Assembly (NCBI GenBank): GCA_001179505.1
Contig: CDMY01000390.1
Span: 25,342 to 89,341 of the forward strand
Direction: 5' to 3'
Source of the DNA: Vitrella brassicaformis CCMP3155
Taxonomy: Eukaryota; Protista; Chromerida
DNA length: 64,000 nucleotides
A model generated the notes under the pieces. The model made no database searches. It was not told the DNA's origin and saw nothing but the letters and a program-made list of their open reading frames with translations. Shown here one piece after another: positions 11,967 through 24,043 of the stretch. Positions within the stretch are counted from its first letter, which is position 1. The number at the start of each line of letters is the position of its first letter. A program made the position numbers and the translations under genes.

Positions 11967-14900
11967 TGTGCATGTTGGTGTTAGGAGGAGCGAGAGGTGG
12001 CCAAGTTGGCAGCAGAGGAGCGTCGTCGTCAGCCGCTGAATGTGACTTACCAGCTGATGGAGGGGGCCGTCATCACCCTCGACGAGGACATCAAGCAGAT
12101 GCAGATGCAGGTCATCGCTTACCTCGACAAAAACAGAATGCCTGCAACGTGAGAAGCAGCCACAACAACAACACCACCCACAGACACAGACATAGACACA
12201 GAGGGGAGGGGGAGGGGGATGCGGCACTCGTCCACACGTGTGTGTGTGTTGCGTGTGCAGCAAGAGGGACGATTATCCCCCCGGCGTCCGCCAGGGCCTC
12301 GAGGCAAAAGCCGGTCGGTCGAAGGCCACGCACAACCAACACATGTGCACCTCCCACACACACTCTGCTCTCCCCTGTGTGTGTGTGTGTGTGTCTGTTT
12401 ATCATGTGTCAGGTCTGATGCGTATGAAGATGATGGGCAAGCGCGTCAACTTCGCCGCCCGGTCGGTCATCGGCCCGGACCCCTACATCGAACCCAACGA
12501 GATCGGCGTCCCCGAGGCGTTCGCAATGGTCCTCACTCTGCCCGAAATGGTCAGCAAACCGTGAGAAGGCTCAGAAGCGTACACATGGTGTGATTGTGTG
12601 ATGGCTCTACTGCACTGCAGGTGACCCCGTTCAACTACCGGTGGCTGCACAAGCTGGTCATGAACGGCCCCCAAAAGTACCCGGGAGCAAACATGGTCCA
12701 AGACTCGAGGGGCCAGGCGTAAGCTCCACCCCTCCCCCTCCCACCCCCACAAGTGGTCTGTCTTTCCCACGTCCCTCTGCGTATCCTTCAGGGTGACATT
12801 GGTGCGGATGAGCTACTCGGCGCGCCGCGGCATCGCAGGCAAGCTGCTGCTCAAGGGTTCGAGCGACCGCGCGGCCGAGGCTCCGACGATTGTGTATCGT
12901 CACCTGAGGGACGGCGATGTGGTGCTGATGAACAGACAGCCGACGCTGCACAAGCCGGGCATCATGGCACACGTCGTCAGGGTCATCAAGGTGGGTCTGT
13001 CTGCTGGGGCTCGTAGACAGAGGTGCGTGAGTGTGTGTGTCTGTGTGTGGTCTGTGTGGTTGGTGTGGGTGATTAGGGTGAGAAGGTGCTTCGCCTGCAC
13101 TACGTCAACTGCAACACGTACAACGCCGACTTCGACGGAGACGAAATGAACCTCCACCTCCCACAGGTGCGCACACACGCACACACACCCACAGACCTAC
13201 CACATGGGTATCTGGTCGATAATGCCTTTCTCAGGATCCCATCTCCCGCGCCGAGGCTCAGCTTCTCGTCAACGCCGACAACCAGTACACAGTGCCCAAA
13301 AGTGAGTGTGCGAGCCAGCGATGAGCAATGGGGGGCATCGCTTGTGTGTGTATGTGTATGTGTATGTGTGTGGTGTAATCGCAGGTGGCGACCCCATCCG
13401 GGGCTTGATCCAGGACCACATCATCGGGGGCACACTCATGACCTCCAGGGGCACCATGCTGTCCGCACACGAATACACCAACCTGGTCCGTCAGTCAGCC
13501 AGCCACCATACCATGCACTCAGACGCTATCTCAGCACACACCTGTGTGTGCGTGTGTGTGTGTGGTCGGACAGGTGTATGCGGCCCTGCAGACGTTCGTG
13601 AACGCGGGCGGCAACCAGACGCCCCTCTCACAGAGAGTCGACAAGAAACCAACCGCCAGACACAGGTCAGTCACATCACACACAGACACACACACACGCA
13701 CGCAGAGAGAGAGAGAGAGAGGGGAGGAGGGTGTGGTGCATTGGCGTGTGAGATGTATATGTCTGGATGCCTGCAGTGTGGTTGAGCGTCGGATGTTCAT
13801 TCACCGCAACAAGCGCATCCTGGTGGAGCCGCCCGCCATCCTCAAACCAAAGCGCGTCTGGACCGGCAAACAGGCACGCCCAGACCCCCAACCATACCAC
13901 ACCACCACCAGCCACATGAGCCTTCCTTCAAACAGCAGGCCAGGCTGTTGTCGTGTCGTGTGTGGTGTGGTTGTGCGCACGTGCAGGTGATAACGACAAT
14001 CCTCAAGACCCTGGTGGACCAGTTCGCCACGCACTCTCTCGGACACACCAAGGGATTCAGGTAGCTCACATACATGTTGACACATCCGCCACACACCACA
14101 CCACAAGCCACACCACACACATGCGTGTGTGTCAGAAACTACCGTGGTTTGAACTTCAACGGTCGGTCGAAGCTGCCCGGCGACGTGTGGAACGGCGTGC
14201 TCGACGGCGACGACGAAGAGGCCGACTGCGTCATACGGTGGGGACTGACTGCAACACACATAGGCATCCATCACACTCACACCCACACCCGCACAGACAG
14301 ACAGACAGACATTCAGAGAGACCCGCTGTCCTGTGCTGTCTGGTCTGTGGTGTGTGTTGTGTGTTGTGTGTGTGTCAGTGAGTCTGAGATGCTGCAGGGT
14401 CTGATGGACAAGTCCCAGTTCGGCGGGGCCAAACACGGCTTCATTCACCTGCTCTTCGACCTCTTCGGACCCAAAATGGCCGGTGGGTGGGTGGGTGGGA
14501 AAAGCGGATGGATGGATGCCCCTACCTATGGCTCGTGTGTATGGGTTCGCTCTCCTGTCATGTCATCCCCACCCAGGTCTGGTTCTGTCGGCGTTTGGTC
14601 GGTGCTTCACGTGCTTCCTGCAGCACCGCGGCTTCAGCTGCAACACGGGAGACCTCTTCCTCTCACCAGAAGGAGAGCTCGAAAGGTAGGCCTTCCCAGC
14701 CACCCCCCTCCCACCCCCCCCACCTCTCTCTCTCTCTCTCTCCATGCATCACTCATTGCAATGACGATGCCTGCAGGTCTTTGGTGATGCGCGACGTGCA
14801 CAAGGCGTCCCGTTTCGGCCTGTGGCTGATGGTCCGCCAGCGGCTGCCCATGTGGCCGCTGCACGTCAAGCTGCAGCAGGAGGTCATGGAGGCCACGCTC

Positions 14901-16047
14901 TTCAAGCACCGCAGACGCATGATCCGCGCACTCGAGCGGGAGAGGGAGGAGGACGGCATGAACTGGATGCCCTGGACCAAGTACCTCCAGTGGCACAGGA
15001 TGGGCAGGCCGCCCGTCACGCCAGATCTCATCTACAAGGGAGACCCGGAGGGCAAGCCCACCGCTGCTGCTGCTGCTGCTGGTGTCGGTGGTGGGGGCAA
15101 GCCGACGCCCATGGACACCACAGCAGCGGCCAAGAGAAAGAAGAAGAGAAGGACGGCAGATGGGGGAGGGGAGGGGAAGGGGGACGGTGGTGAGCCGATG
15201 GCTGTGGATGAGCCACCAGAGGCAGAGCCGCCACTGCTGCCACACCCGTCGCCTCCCAAGACCCCCAAGCAGACCAAGAAGAGCAAGCACCCACCACCAC
15301 CAGCAGCAGCAGCGAAGGAGGAGGAGGAGAAGGAGGAGGAGGAGGAGGAGCCGCCAAAGACCAAGAAGAAGCAGAAGAAGGTCACCGGCAGCAAGACCGC
15401 CCCTGCGGCCGCCCAGCGGCAACAAGACGACGACCAGCCGATGGAACCACAAGAGGAAGAGGACCACCAAGATGAGGAGGACAAGGAGGTGTGGGTGGGT
15501 GGCAAGGAGATCCTTGAGCTGATGCCCGTGTACGTCTCCAAGACGGAGGGGCTCTTCACAGCTAAGGAGCGCAACAGGCTCAGGGACGCGCTGCTGCGGG
15601 GCTACCACATGCCCGTCTGGAAGAGGAAGCCGCCTGGGTCGGGGCTCCTGGACAAACACGAGACGCCTGAGGAGAAAGCCAAAGAGGGCAAGCCGGGCAT
15701 CGTCGTCCCGGGGCTGGAGAGACTCATCACGGTGGGGTGGGGGAGCCCACACAGATGCGCGTGGGGGTGGTGTGGTGTGTGTCCACCGTGTGTGTGTCCA
15801 CGTGTGTGTGTGTGTGTCCACCGTGTGTTGCGTCAGTTGGGCTGTGAGCTGATGGAGGAGCATGGGTTCACGAGGTTCCGTCGCAACAAGCAGAGGATCG
15901 ACTGCATGGTCCAGCGCATGACGCAGAAGAAGGCCTCGCAGTCACAGGAGATCGTCTCGGGCGGCAAGTAAGCCCTCAGCACCACCATCCTTCCACCAGA
16001 CAGACAGACAGACCACTGTGTCGGTGTCCGTGGTGTGTACCTTTCAC

Positions 16048-16078
<31 letters not shown>

Positions 16079-19000
16079 AAGGTACCTGCACCGGAAGTTC
16101 CCGCGCAACGGCTTTGCCGGGATGGTCATGACTGGTGAGTCAGTGAGCCAGCCGTGAGATGAGCCCTGCACATACTGCTCCCACGCACACGCGCCTGTGT
16201 CTGTGGCACACACGTGTGTGTGCGTGTGTGTGTGTGTGTGTGTTTTGTAGGTGCGAAGGGTTCGAAGGTCAACTACTCGATGATCGGTGCGATGCTGTCG
16301 CAGCAAGACCTGGAGGGCAGGAGGGTACCCATGATGTTCACCTCCAAGTACGCTCCCTCCCAACACACCAAACAGGAGAGTCTTTTCCTTCTCTCTGCTC
16401 TGCGTGTGTGCAGGGCCCTGCCGTGTTTTGCCAAGTATGATCTGGGTGCGCGCAACGGCGGCCTCATCATGGACCGATTCCTCACCGGACTCAGGCCACC
16501 GGTGTGTGTGTGTGTGTGTGTCTGTGTGTGTGAAGATGCGCGTGGACAGCAGCCCGTTCTCGTTTTTTTTCTGTTTTGTTTGTGTTGTGTTCCTGTGCCC
16601 TGCAGGAGTATTTCTTCCACTGCATGTCTGGGCGAGAGGGGCTGGTAGACACTGCCGTCAAAACTGCCAAGTGACCAGCAATCCACACACACACACGCCT
16701 GTATGCCTGTATGTGAATCTGTGTGTGTGAATGTGTGTGTGAATGTGTGTGTGTGTGCGTCAGGTCCGGTTATCTGCAGCGGGCGTTGATGAAGACGATG
16801 GAGGGCATCACCTCGCTCTACGACAGCACCGTCCGCGACGCTGACGGGCTGGTTCTGCAATTCAAATACGGAGAGGACGGCGTCGACGTCATGAAGTCGC
16901 CATACGTCGACAAATTCGAGTAACCATTTCAGCCTCACACCACACCCACCTGCACAAATGCTTCGCTTCCTCTCTACTCCCCCCCCCNNNNNNNNNNNNN
17001 NNNNNNNNNNNNNNNNNNNNNNNNNNNNNNNNNNNNNNNNNNNNNNNNNNNNNNNNNNNNNNNNNNNNNNNNNNNNNNNNNNNNNNNNNNNNNNNNNNNN
17101 NNNNNNNNNNNNNNNNNNNNNNNNNNNNNNNNNNNNNNNNNNNNNNNNNNNNNNNNNNNNNNNNNNNNNNNNNNNNNNNNNNNNNNNNNNNNNNNNNNNN
17201 NNNNNNNNNNNNNNNNNNNNNNNNNNNNNNNNNNNNNNNNNNNNNNNNNNNNNNNNNNNNNNNNNNNNNNNNNNNNNNNNNNNNNNNCCCCCCCCTTTTC
17301 GCCTCTGTCTATCTGTCCATCAGGTATGCGCTTGACAACTTGGCCATACTGCAAAGTCGCTACAGCACCGACAAGGCCATGTCGACCCCGAACGTCGCCC
17401 GCTCCATCCGGCGGGCCGACGACTACTCCAAGCAGGTGGCGCGGGAGTTGCGGTCCATCAGACAGGCCGTCAAGGAGCGCAACCAGCAGAGGAAGGCCGT
17501 CGAGGAGAGGCAATTCGACCTTGGCCCAGCCATCGAGCGGATCGAGACTACCTTCAAGGACCCCTGGAAGGAGGTGGACGACCCCGCCCCGTCCAATCCG
17601 GAGATGTCGCCGCCTGACCCTTCGGCCGAGAAGTATCATCCCATGGCCAATGTCGGCAGCACATCCGAGAAGTATCGAGAGAAGATCTTCGAGGTCAGCT
17701 CACCTCCCCCACCCACCCACCCACCCACACAGAGAGAGAGAGAGAGCCAACACGTGTTTGTGTTTTTTGCCCGTGTGTGTGTGTGCGTGTGTGTGTGTTC
17801 AGTGGATCAGGGGTAACCCGTTCCTTCTGAAGGACGCCGAGGCTTACATAGCTCAGATGGGGGAGGAGGGTTTGGAGGAGGAGGACAGCAAGAAGAAGAA
17901 GGAGACCAAGATCAAGCACGTGGCACAGGGCAAGCTCATGACGCCCCAGGAGTTCCGCGTCATGATGATGCTCAAGTACCACGACGGACTCCTCCAGCCA
18001 GGCGAGAACGTCGGATGCGTCGCCGCTCAGTCCATCGGCGAGCCCTCCACCCAGATGACGCTGAACACCTTCCACCTCGTCAGCACACCCACCCACCCTT
18101 ACACACGCCCACTCCCTCAATCATTCTTCCTGCTTGGCTCCATTTCGTCCATCAGGCGGGATCTGGTGGTGCGACGAACGTCACCCTGGGCATCCCCCGG
18201 CTAGTGGAGATCCTGCAGCGTGCCAGCCGCAAGCAGAAGACGCCCTTGGCGTATGTGGCCTTGCGGCGGATCCCCGACTGGCCCGACTTCCAGCGAGTGT
18301 TTGGCGAGAGGGCCGGCTACCGCTGCAGGAAGGTCACCTACGCCCACTTCATGAAGGCCGTCTCCTTCAATAGACAGCTCGTCACAATGGTGCGCCGGCC
18401 GCACAGGAAGATCGGCACACATTAAGGGTGATGACGGGGATGGGGCCTTCGTGTGTGTGTGTGTGTGTGGTCATCTTCTTAAGATGGGTGAGGCGACCCA
18501 CGGGCTCCCTCAGCGATGGTGGTACTTCCGCATGCGGTTCCACCTGCACGACATCCGGGAGATCGTGTCGGCCATGCCCTTCATCACCTACGAGCAGATC
18601 GAGCAGATGTGCTACCAGAAGTACCTCCCGCGGCTCCTCAAGATCTTCAAGAAGATGTTCATGGTCTACTTCGACATCACAGAGGAGGCATGGGAGGGCT
18701 CCAAGGACTGGGGGCTCAAGGGCGGCAAGAGCAAGGCCGAACAAGCCCGGGAAGCGGAGGATGCTGCCGGCGGCGGTGGGGACGACATCGACGATGCCGC
18801 CGCGGACGAGATGCGCGAGCCAGAGGGGGAGGAGGAGGGCGACAGCGACTTGGAGAGGGACGATGAGGCCGTCGACCCCCTCATCGGCGATGACGACGAG
18901 GGGCAGGACGAGGGCGCCCCGCGGGACCGCGACGAGGATCTCTATGAAGACGAGGAGGACATCCGCAAAAGAAAGCGTCGCCGCAAGAGGCGGGAAGAGG

Positions 19001-21239
19001 AGGGAGAGGAGGGAGAAGAGGGTGAGGAGGGCTCAGACCTCGACATCGACGAGGAGCTCATGATGGACGAGGGCGATGAAGATGAGGGCGAGGGCGAGGG
19101 AGACGAGTCCGACGAATCGGGGAAGGACAAAGACAGCGAGGCTGAGGAACAAGAAGAGGATGAAGAGGCAGCAGAGGAGGAGGAAGACCGCCCGGCCAAG
19201 AAACCCAAGAAGCCCACACCGCCCCCGGCAGCAGCAGCAGCAGCAGCGGCCGCCGCACCATCACCATCCCCCGCGCCAGAGAGCGACGAGGGGGAGGAGC
19301 CAGAAGAGGTCGCCGACGAGGACATGGCAGACGCCGACCAAGACCAAGACCAAGACCGAGACCAGGACATGGCCGCCGCCGAGCAAGAAGACGAGGACGC
19401 AGGCGCCCCAGAGGAGAAGGAAGAGGAGAAGCCTCCCGAGAAGCCCAAGGGCTACCGGCAGGTCGACTGGAAGAAGCCCCTCCGCCCCGAGCGCCTCTCG
19501 CCCTTCCGACCCTGGAGCGACAACATCCGGCAGAGAGTGCTTCCCCGGCTAGACCTGCGCAGCGAGCAGGAGCACCGTCAGTACGGCTACTGGGACGGCA
19601 ATGCCTATGTGGACCGGCGGGGGTACATCGTGGGGACTGTGGGGGTATTCAAGGCCTATGACAAGGAGGAGATGACGTCTGAGGAGTACAAGCCTCTCGA
19701 GGTCAGGGGCATCACCTTCAAGACGGAGGTCCTCGACTCACGTAAGCTTGCGGGGTGGGGGGATGCACAGCAGATACGAGATGGGGTGGACGATGTGTGT
19801 GTGTGTGTGTGAGATGCGTGTCAGGCAAGTCGTTGATCCGGGGTCCTATCATGTTCGACCGCAAAGGCAGCTGCATGACCCTCGAGTTCAAGTACAACGC
19901 CGACCTCTACCCAAAGTTAGCACACACACACGGACAAGAATGCACGAGCGCATTGTATGTGTGTGTGTGTGTGTCTGTCTGTTGCTGTGTGTGTGCGTAC
20001 GTTTAGGGCGCTGGTCCCCAAGATCCAATGGCACCGGCCGTTCAGGAAGAAACTCATCTGCGGCTCGCAAAAAATCTCATGCTCCAAAGTCCTCAAGGTA
20101 CCCGCGGCACTTACACAACTCTGCGTGTGTATGTGTCTACCCAATGTGTGCTCCGTGTGTGTGTGTGTGTGTGTGTGTACAGGACAAGGATGGCGGGCGC
20201 AACACGGTGACGGGTGCCGAGTACGAGATAGAGTTCAACGGCATCGACTTCGGCATGTTCGGCAAACTCAAAGACGAATTCATCGACCACACCAAGTTAG
20301 TCAGTCACCATATGGCCATCCACGCACACCCACACAGACAGAGAGGTTTGTCGATGCACTGTGCGCCTCTGGCTGGCTGCCTGCCAATGTGTGTGTGCAG
20401 GACACGGATGAACGACCCCTACATGACGCTGGTGCACTTGGGTGTGGAGGCGTCGCAGCGCATCATCATTCAAGAGGTACACACGCTACGCTACACTACC
20501 CTTCACACATGGGAGGGAGGTATGGGCGGCGGCTGTGGGGGACTGTGTCTGACTCCGTGTGTCCCTCCAGCTCGAGGCTGTCTTCTCGGTGTATGGCATC
20601 AACGTCAGCTTCAGGTGGGTATCCCTTGTAGGCGAGGCGTACGATCAGAGGAATGAACATGTTCATGGAGGCGATGATGGAGGGCCTCCGTCCCCTCTGC
20701 TGTGTCGGTGCGTGCAGGCATCTGTCGCTCATCGCCGATGTCATGTGCCGCAACGGTGGGCAGAGCCAGCCAGCCAGCCATGACCAGCTTGCTGACGCCT
20801 TACGTTCCATGTCTGCTGTGCTGCTTTGGTTCTGTCTGGTTCGGTCAGGGGACTACCGCTCCTTCAGCCGACACGGCCTCAAGGTATCCATCCGTCATCC
20901 ATCCATCCATCCATCCATACACACCACACCACACCACACCGCACCGCACCGCACCACAACGCCAACCACTCTCTCTGTCTCTGTATGTGTGCGCCTCAGT
21001 ATCACCACTCGTCGCTGCTGCGCATGTCGTTCGAGACCGCCCTGGGCAACCTCAACGAGGCCATCGAGACCGACGCCGCCGACCACCTCACCACCCCGGC
21101 CGGCGCAGTGGTGGCCGGCAAGCTGGCCAGGGTGGGGACGGGGACGTTTGACATCCTGCCGGTGCTGCCCGCTGGCCAGGGGCCCGTCAAGAAAGAGTTC
21201 TCCTTCAGAGCCATCAAGATGGAGGAGGACGGAGAGTGA
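9690..21239 (+). CDS. RPA1: DNA-directed RNA polymerase I largest subunit (~35 exons)
   Basis: Zn motif CPTCG..CPG|HNGHIEL; [17 protein letters not shown]; [16 protein letters not shown]; catalytic [24 protein letters not shown]; RGLIQDH; WTGKQ; [27 protein letters not shown]; [17 protein letters not shown]; C-terminal [19 protein letters not shown]. Pol I-type signatures, acidic jaw loop, no CTD heptads. Confidence 0.97.
16988..17287. other. Assembly gap (300 N) inside an RPA1 intron, flanked by poly-C
   Basis: N run. The flanking exons join in frame (DKFE|YALDN). Confidence 0.95.
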
Positions 21240-21452
21240 GTGATCATGGACGGGATTGGGCATGGTTGTTGGTTGTCGTCTTTGTGTCGTGTTTTATCGG
21301 CTGTGGGTGCGAGTTGGTGCTTTGCGACCTTTATTGCATTTGTGGGATTTATGGGGACCCATATAGACATAATGTGCATTCACAAGGTCACTGTTGGCCG
21401 GCGTCGAGTCAATCATTCACGCGTCGATGCGTCGCTTCACCATAGCCATGCA

Positions 21453-22045
21453 GGCGTCTGTGTGTCTGTGTGTCGACTCGCCGGCCATGTGGTCCTGGAC
21501 TGAGTACAGCAACAAAATGCCGTCGTGACACTGACACACACCATAATCCGTGTGTGCGTCTGCGTGAGTCCGTCGAGTGGGAACGGGCCGACCTGTTTGT
21601 GTCCGATTCCGTAAGTGACGAGCAGTTTCTCTGCGAACGAGTTGGCGTATGTGTTGAGTTCCGTTCGTTCGTCGTGCTTGGCCCTCTTCTTGTCCTTGGC
21701 GAGTGAGTAGGGCAGCTTGGCCATGAGTGCGATGGCCAGTTGGTAGAAGGTCTTGCCGAGGCTTCCACAGGCGTGCTGCGTCTCCAGCCTGAACTTGAGC
21801 AGTCGCGTGTCGACGTCGTTGGCCTCGTCGTCGGTGAGCCATCCGTCGGGGTCACACAGCCAGATGGTCTCCCCCGCCTCGGCCGCCTCGCCGCGGTTGC
21901 AGCTCGTGGGGTCCAGGAACGGACTCGGGTAAGTGGACAGTGACCACTCCCTGCAAGCACCGTATCGCACGGTCACACACACAAAACAGACAGAGAAGGC
22001 GTGATGTGGGGATGAGTGAATGAATCAGGGTGTCGTGCTCGGTGT
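21453..22045 (-). pseudogene. Duplicated two-exon fragment (with introns) of the TPM/MOLO-1-like gene at 33857-35479
   Basis: Nearly identical to 34555-35155, including intron sequence, with scattered substitutions (e.g. ETIWL vs ETTWL, FRLET vs FRQET). Lacks the signal-peptide exon and the downstream exons. Confidence 0.85.
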
Positions 22046-22110
22046 TTGTGTTCCTTTCTCACTTGTTCTATATATACGGACCGGCACTACATGGCCCCCA
22101 CATCCATTTG

Positions 22111-23502
22111 TCAGCGCTGCTGGAACTTGAGCACCTCGTCGCCAACACAGACCCAGCCAGGCCGCAACTCACTGAACGGACATCCATCAAAGACACCCAC
22201 ACACCTTGTTTGCTTGTTGGACTGCCCTTTTCGTTGGAGCCTTACCGTGCAAAAATCTCCATCATATCAAATGGTCCACTGATCATCCCTTCGCCATTTC
22301 CACCACCAAACCCCAATGCCGGGCCGATAACGTGGCGCCACAGCACATCCGGGGGCGGCTTCCGCGAGTGCTGCCTCTTGGACGACCACACAAGGCGCAC
22401 CTTCCCCCTCTGATGCTCTGCCGAGGGAGCACATGGCCGTCCGATTATCAGCTGCTCGTACGGCTTGCGATGGGGCGACTTGAAGGGGCTGGTTAGCTTC
22501 AATCCATTGGTGAAGTCGACCTTGACCCACACGACCCTCAGCATCACTTGACGGATGAGTTCGCGCGTGACGAAGGCCTCGAAGGCAGGGTTGTTGGTGA
22601 CCCATACGGCCAGAAGGCCTCGGTCAGGGCAGGGGAAGAACGTGGAGTAGGGCTGGCAGCGGAGAATCGAGTACAGCTCCTCCTGACCTACATGCATATG
22701 CACCCGACGACAACACAGACAGACATACAGACAGACAGTCGAGTCGATTGGAAGAGCATGTGACTATCATGTGAGCGCTCACCAGGTCTCTGGTAGGCCT
22801 TGCTGCGCTTGACAGAGTGACATCGCCACGGGGGATCCATCTGCAAGATGCACACACACAAAGCATCATCTCAACCCACGAATCTCTTCTCTCCTTGCTC
22901 ACCAGCACGAATCTGAATCCCTCTCTGGGTCTGATAGAGCCCAACCTCTGCCAAGGGTCCCCTCCCTGCTGATCTCCTGCGGCCGTCAGGCAGGTGAGCA
23001 TGAATGCTGACCTCTCCGGCACGGAATAGACGCCCTGCCCTCCGTCCCTGTGTGTCAGCTGGAGGCTGACGGCGGCGTCCGATGAATTGACCACCAGTCT
23101 GTCGACGAGCTGACCGATCTCCAGGGGAGTGGCGGAGTGGCTGGGGCTGAGAATGAGGGGATGGAGGGCGGGCGGACTCCATTGGCGGCACGCAGCCGCC
23201 AGGTCCGGCGAATGGTTGTCATCTTCTGGCAGTGGCCTCTTTCGTGCTGAGTCCGAAGCGGGAGCGGAAGCAGGACCAGGTCCCTCTGCCGAGCCTGTCT
23301 GGAGCCACTGCTGAAGCACAGCTAGCTCCTTCTCGATGAGCTCATGAAGCCGCTGTTGGCTCCACTCCCTCTCATCGTCCTCTGCTGGGAGATCTGCATC
23401 TGCCGCTTTCGCCAGATGGGAAGGATGCCCTGGAGCAGGATCTCTCTCATGTAGCAACACTGTTGACACTGAAGTGACCCAGTAGGCGCGAAGGAAGGGC
23501 AT
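22111..23502 (-). CDS. METTL4: METTL4-like MT-A70 family adenine N6-methyltransferase
   Basis: Catalytic MDPPW at exon start 22840; LAVWVTN; VVWVKV; HRKPYEQLIIG; QHSRKPP; spliced C-terminus MEIFAR|ELRPGWVCVGDEVLKFQQR* (TGA at 22111). Start at ATG 23502 is tentative (alternative 23642). Confidence 0.9.
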
Positions 23503-24043
23503 TTGCTCAAAAGTCTCCAAAAGTGTAAGCTCGCAAGTCGATCAGAAGCGGGTCGATCAGGAGGGGCCGGCAGCAGCCGATCTGGACACAGTAGGCCACA
23601 TCGCAGCAACATCGAGCGACGTTTATCGATTTCTTGCATCATGATTCATCCAATCTTCAGCCTGAGTGAGTCAACCAAACGTTGTAGCACAAGTGTGCAC
23701 GTTCCCTCAGAGGGCCTCACTTTCAAACGATCAACAACGGAAGGATACACCGCAGGCACCCACCCCCACACACCATCCGATTCATCCATCCATCCATCCG
23801 TTTGGTTCTGACAATGGGAGCAAGAACGGGTGGGAAGGCAAGACAGGCAGACAGTCAGCCACCGACTACCGACTCGACTTCCCAGCCCAGAAATACACAG
23901 ACGGCGACCGCTTCAACAAAAGAAAAAGGCAAGCAAGCGAGCCCCGCACCCGCCCACCGCCCGTCGACCGACATGTATGTCCTTCAGTTCAGTTCAGGCT
24001 GTGCTGTCGTTGTGTAAGTGTACAGTACGGGTGTGCGTTTGAT

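Noticed and set aside
14634-15863. Long antisense ORFs opposite RPA1 low-complexity exons (also 18942-19448)
   Set aside because: They mirror GC3-rich, repetitive sense codons and show no independent protein features.
16988-17287. Missing RPA1 exon in the gap
   Set aside because: The flanking exons join in frame (DKFE|YALDNL) and match the RPA1 pattern without loss.
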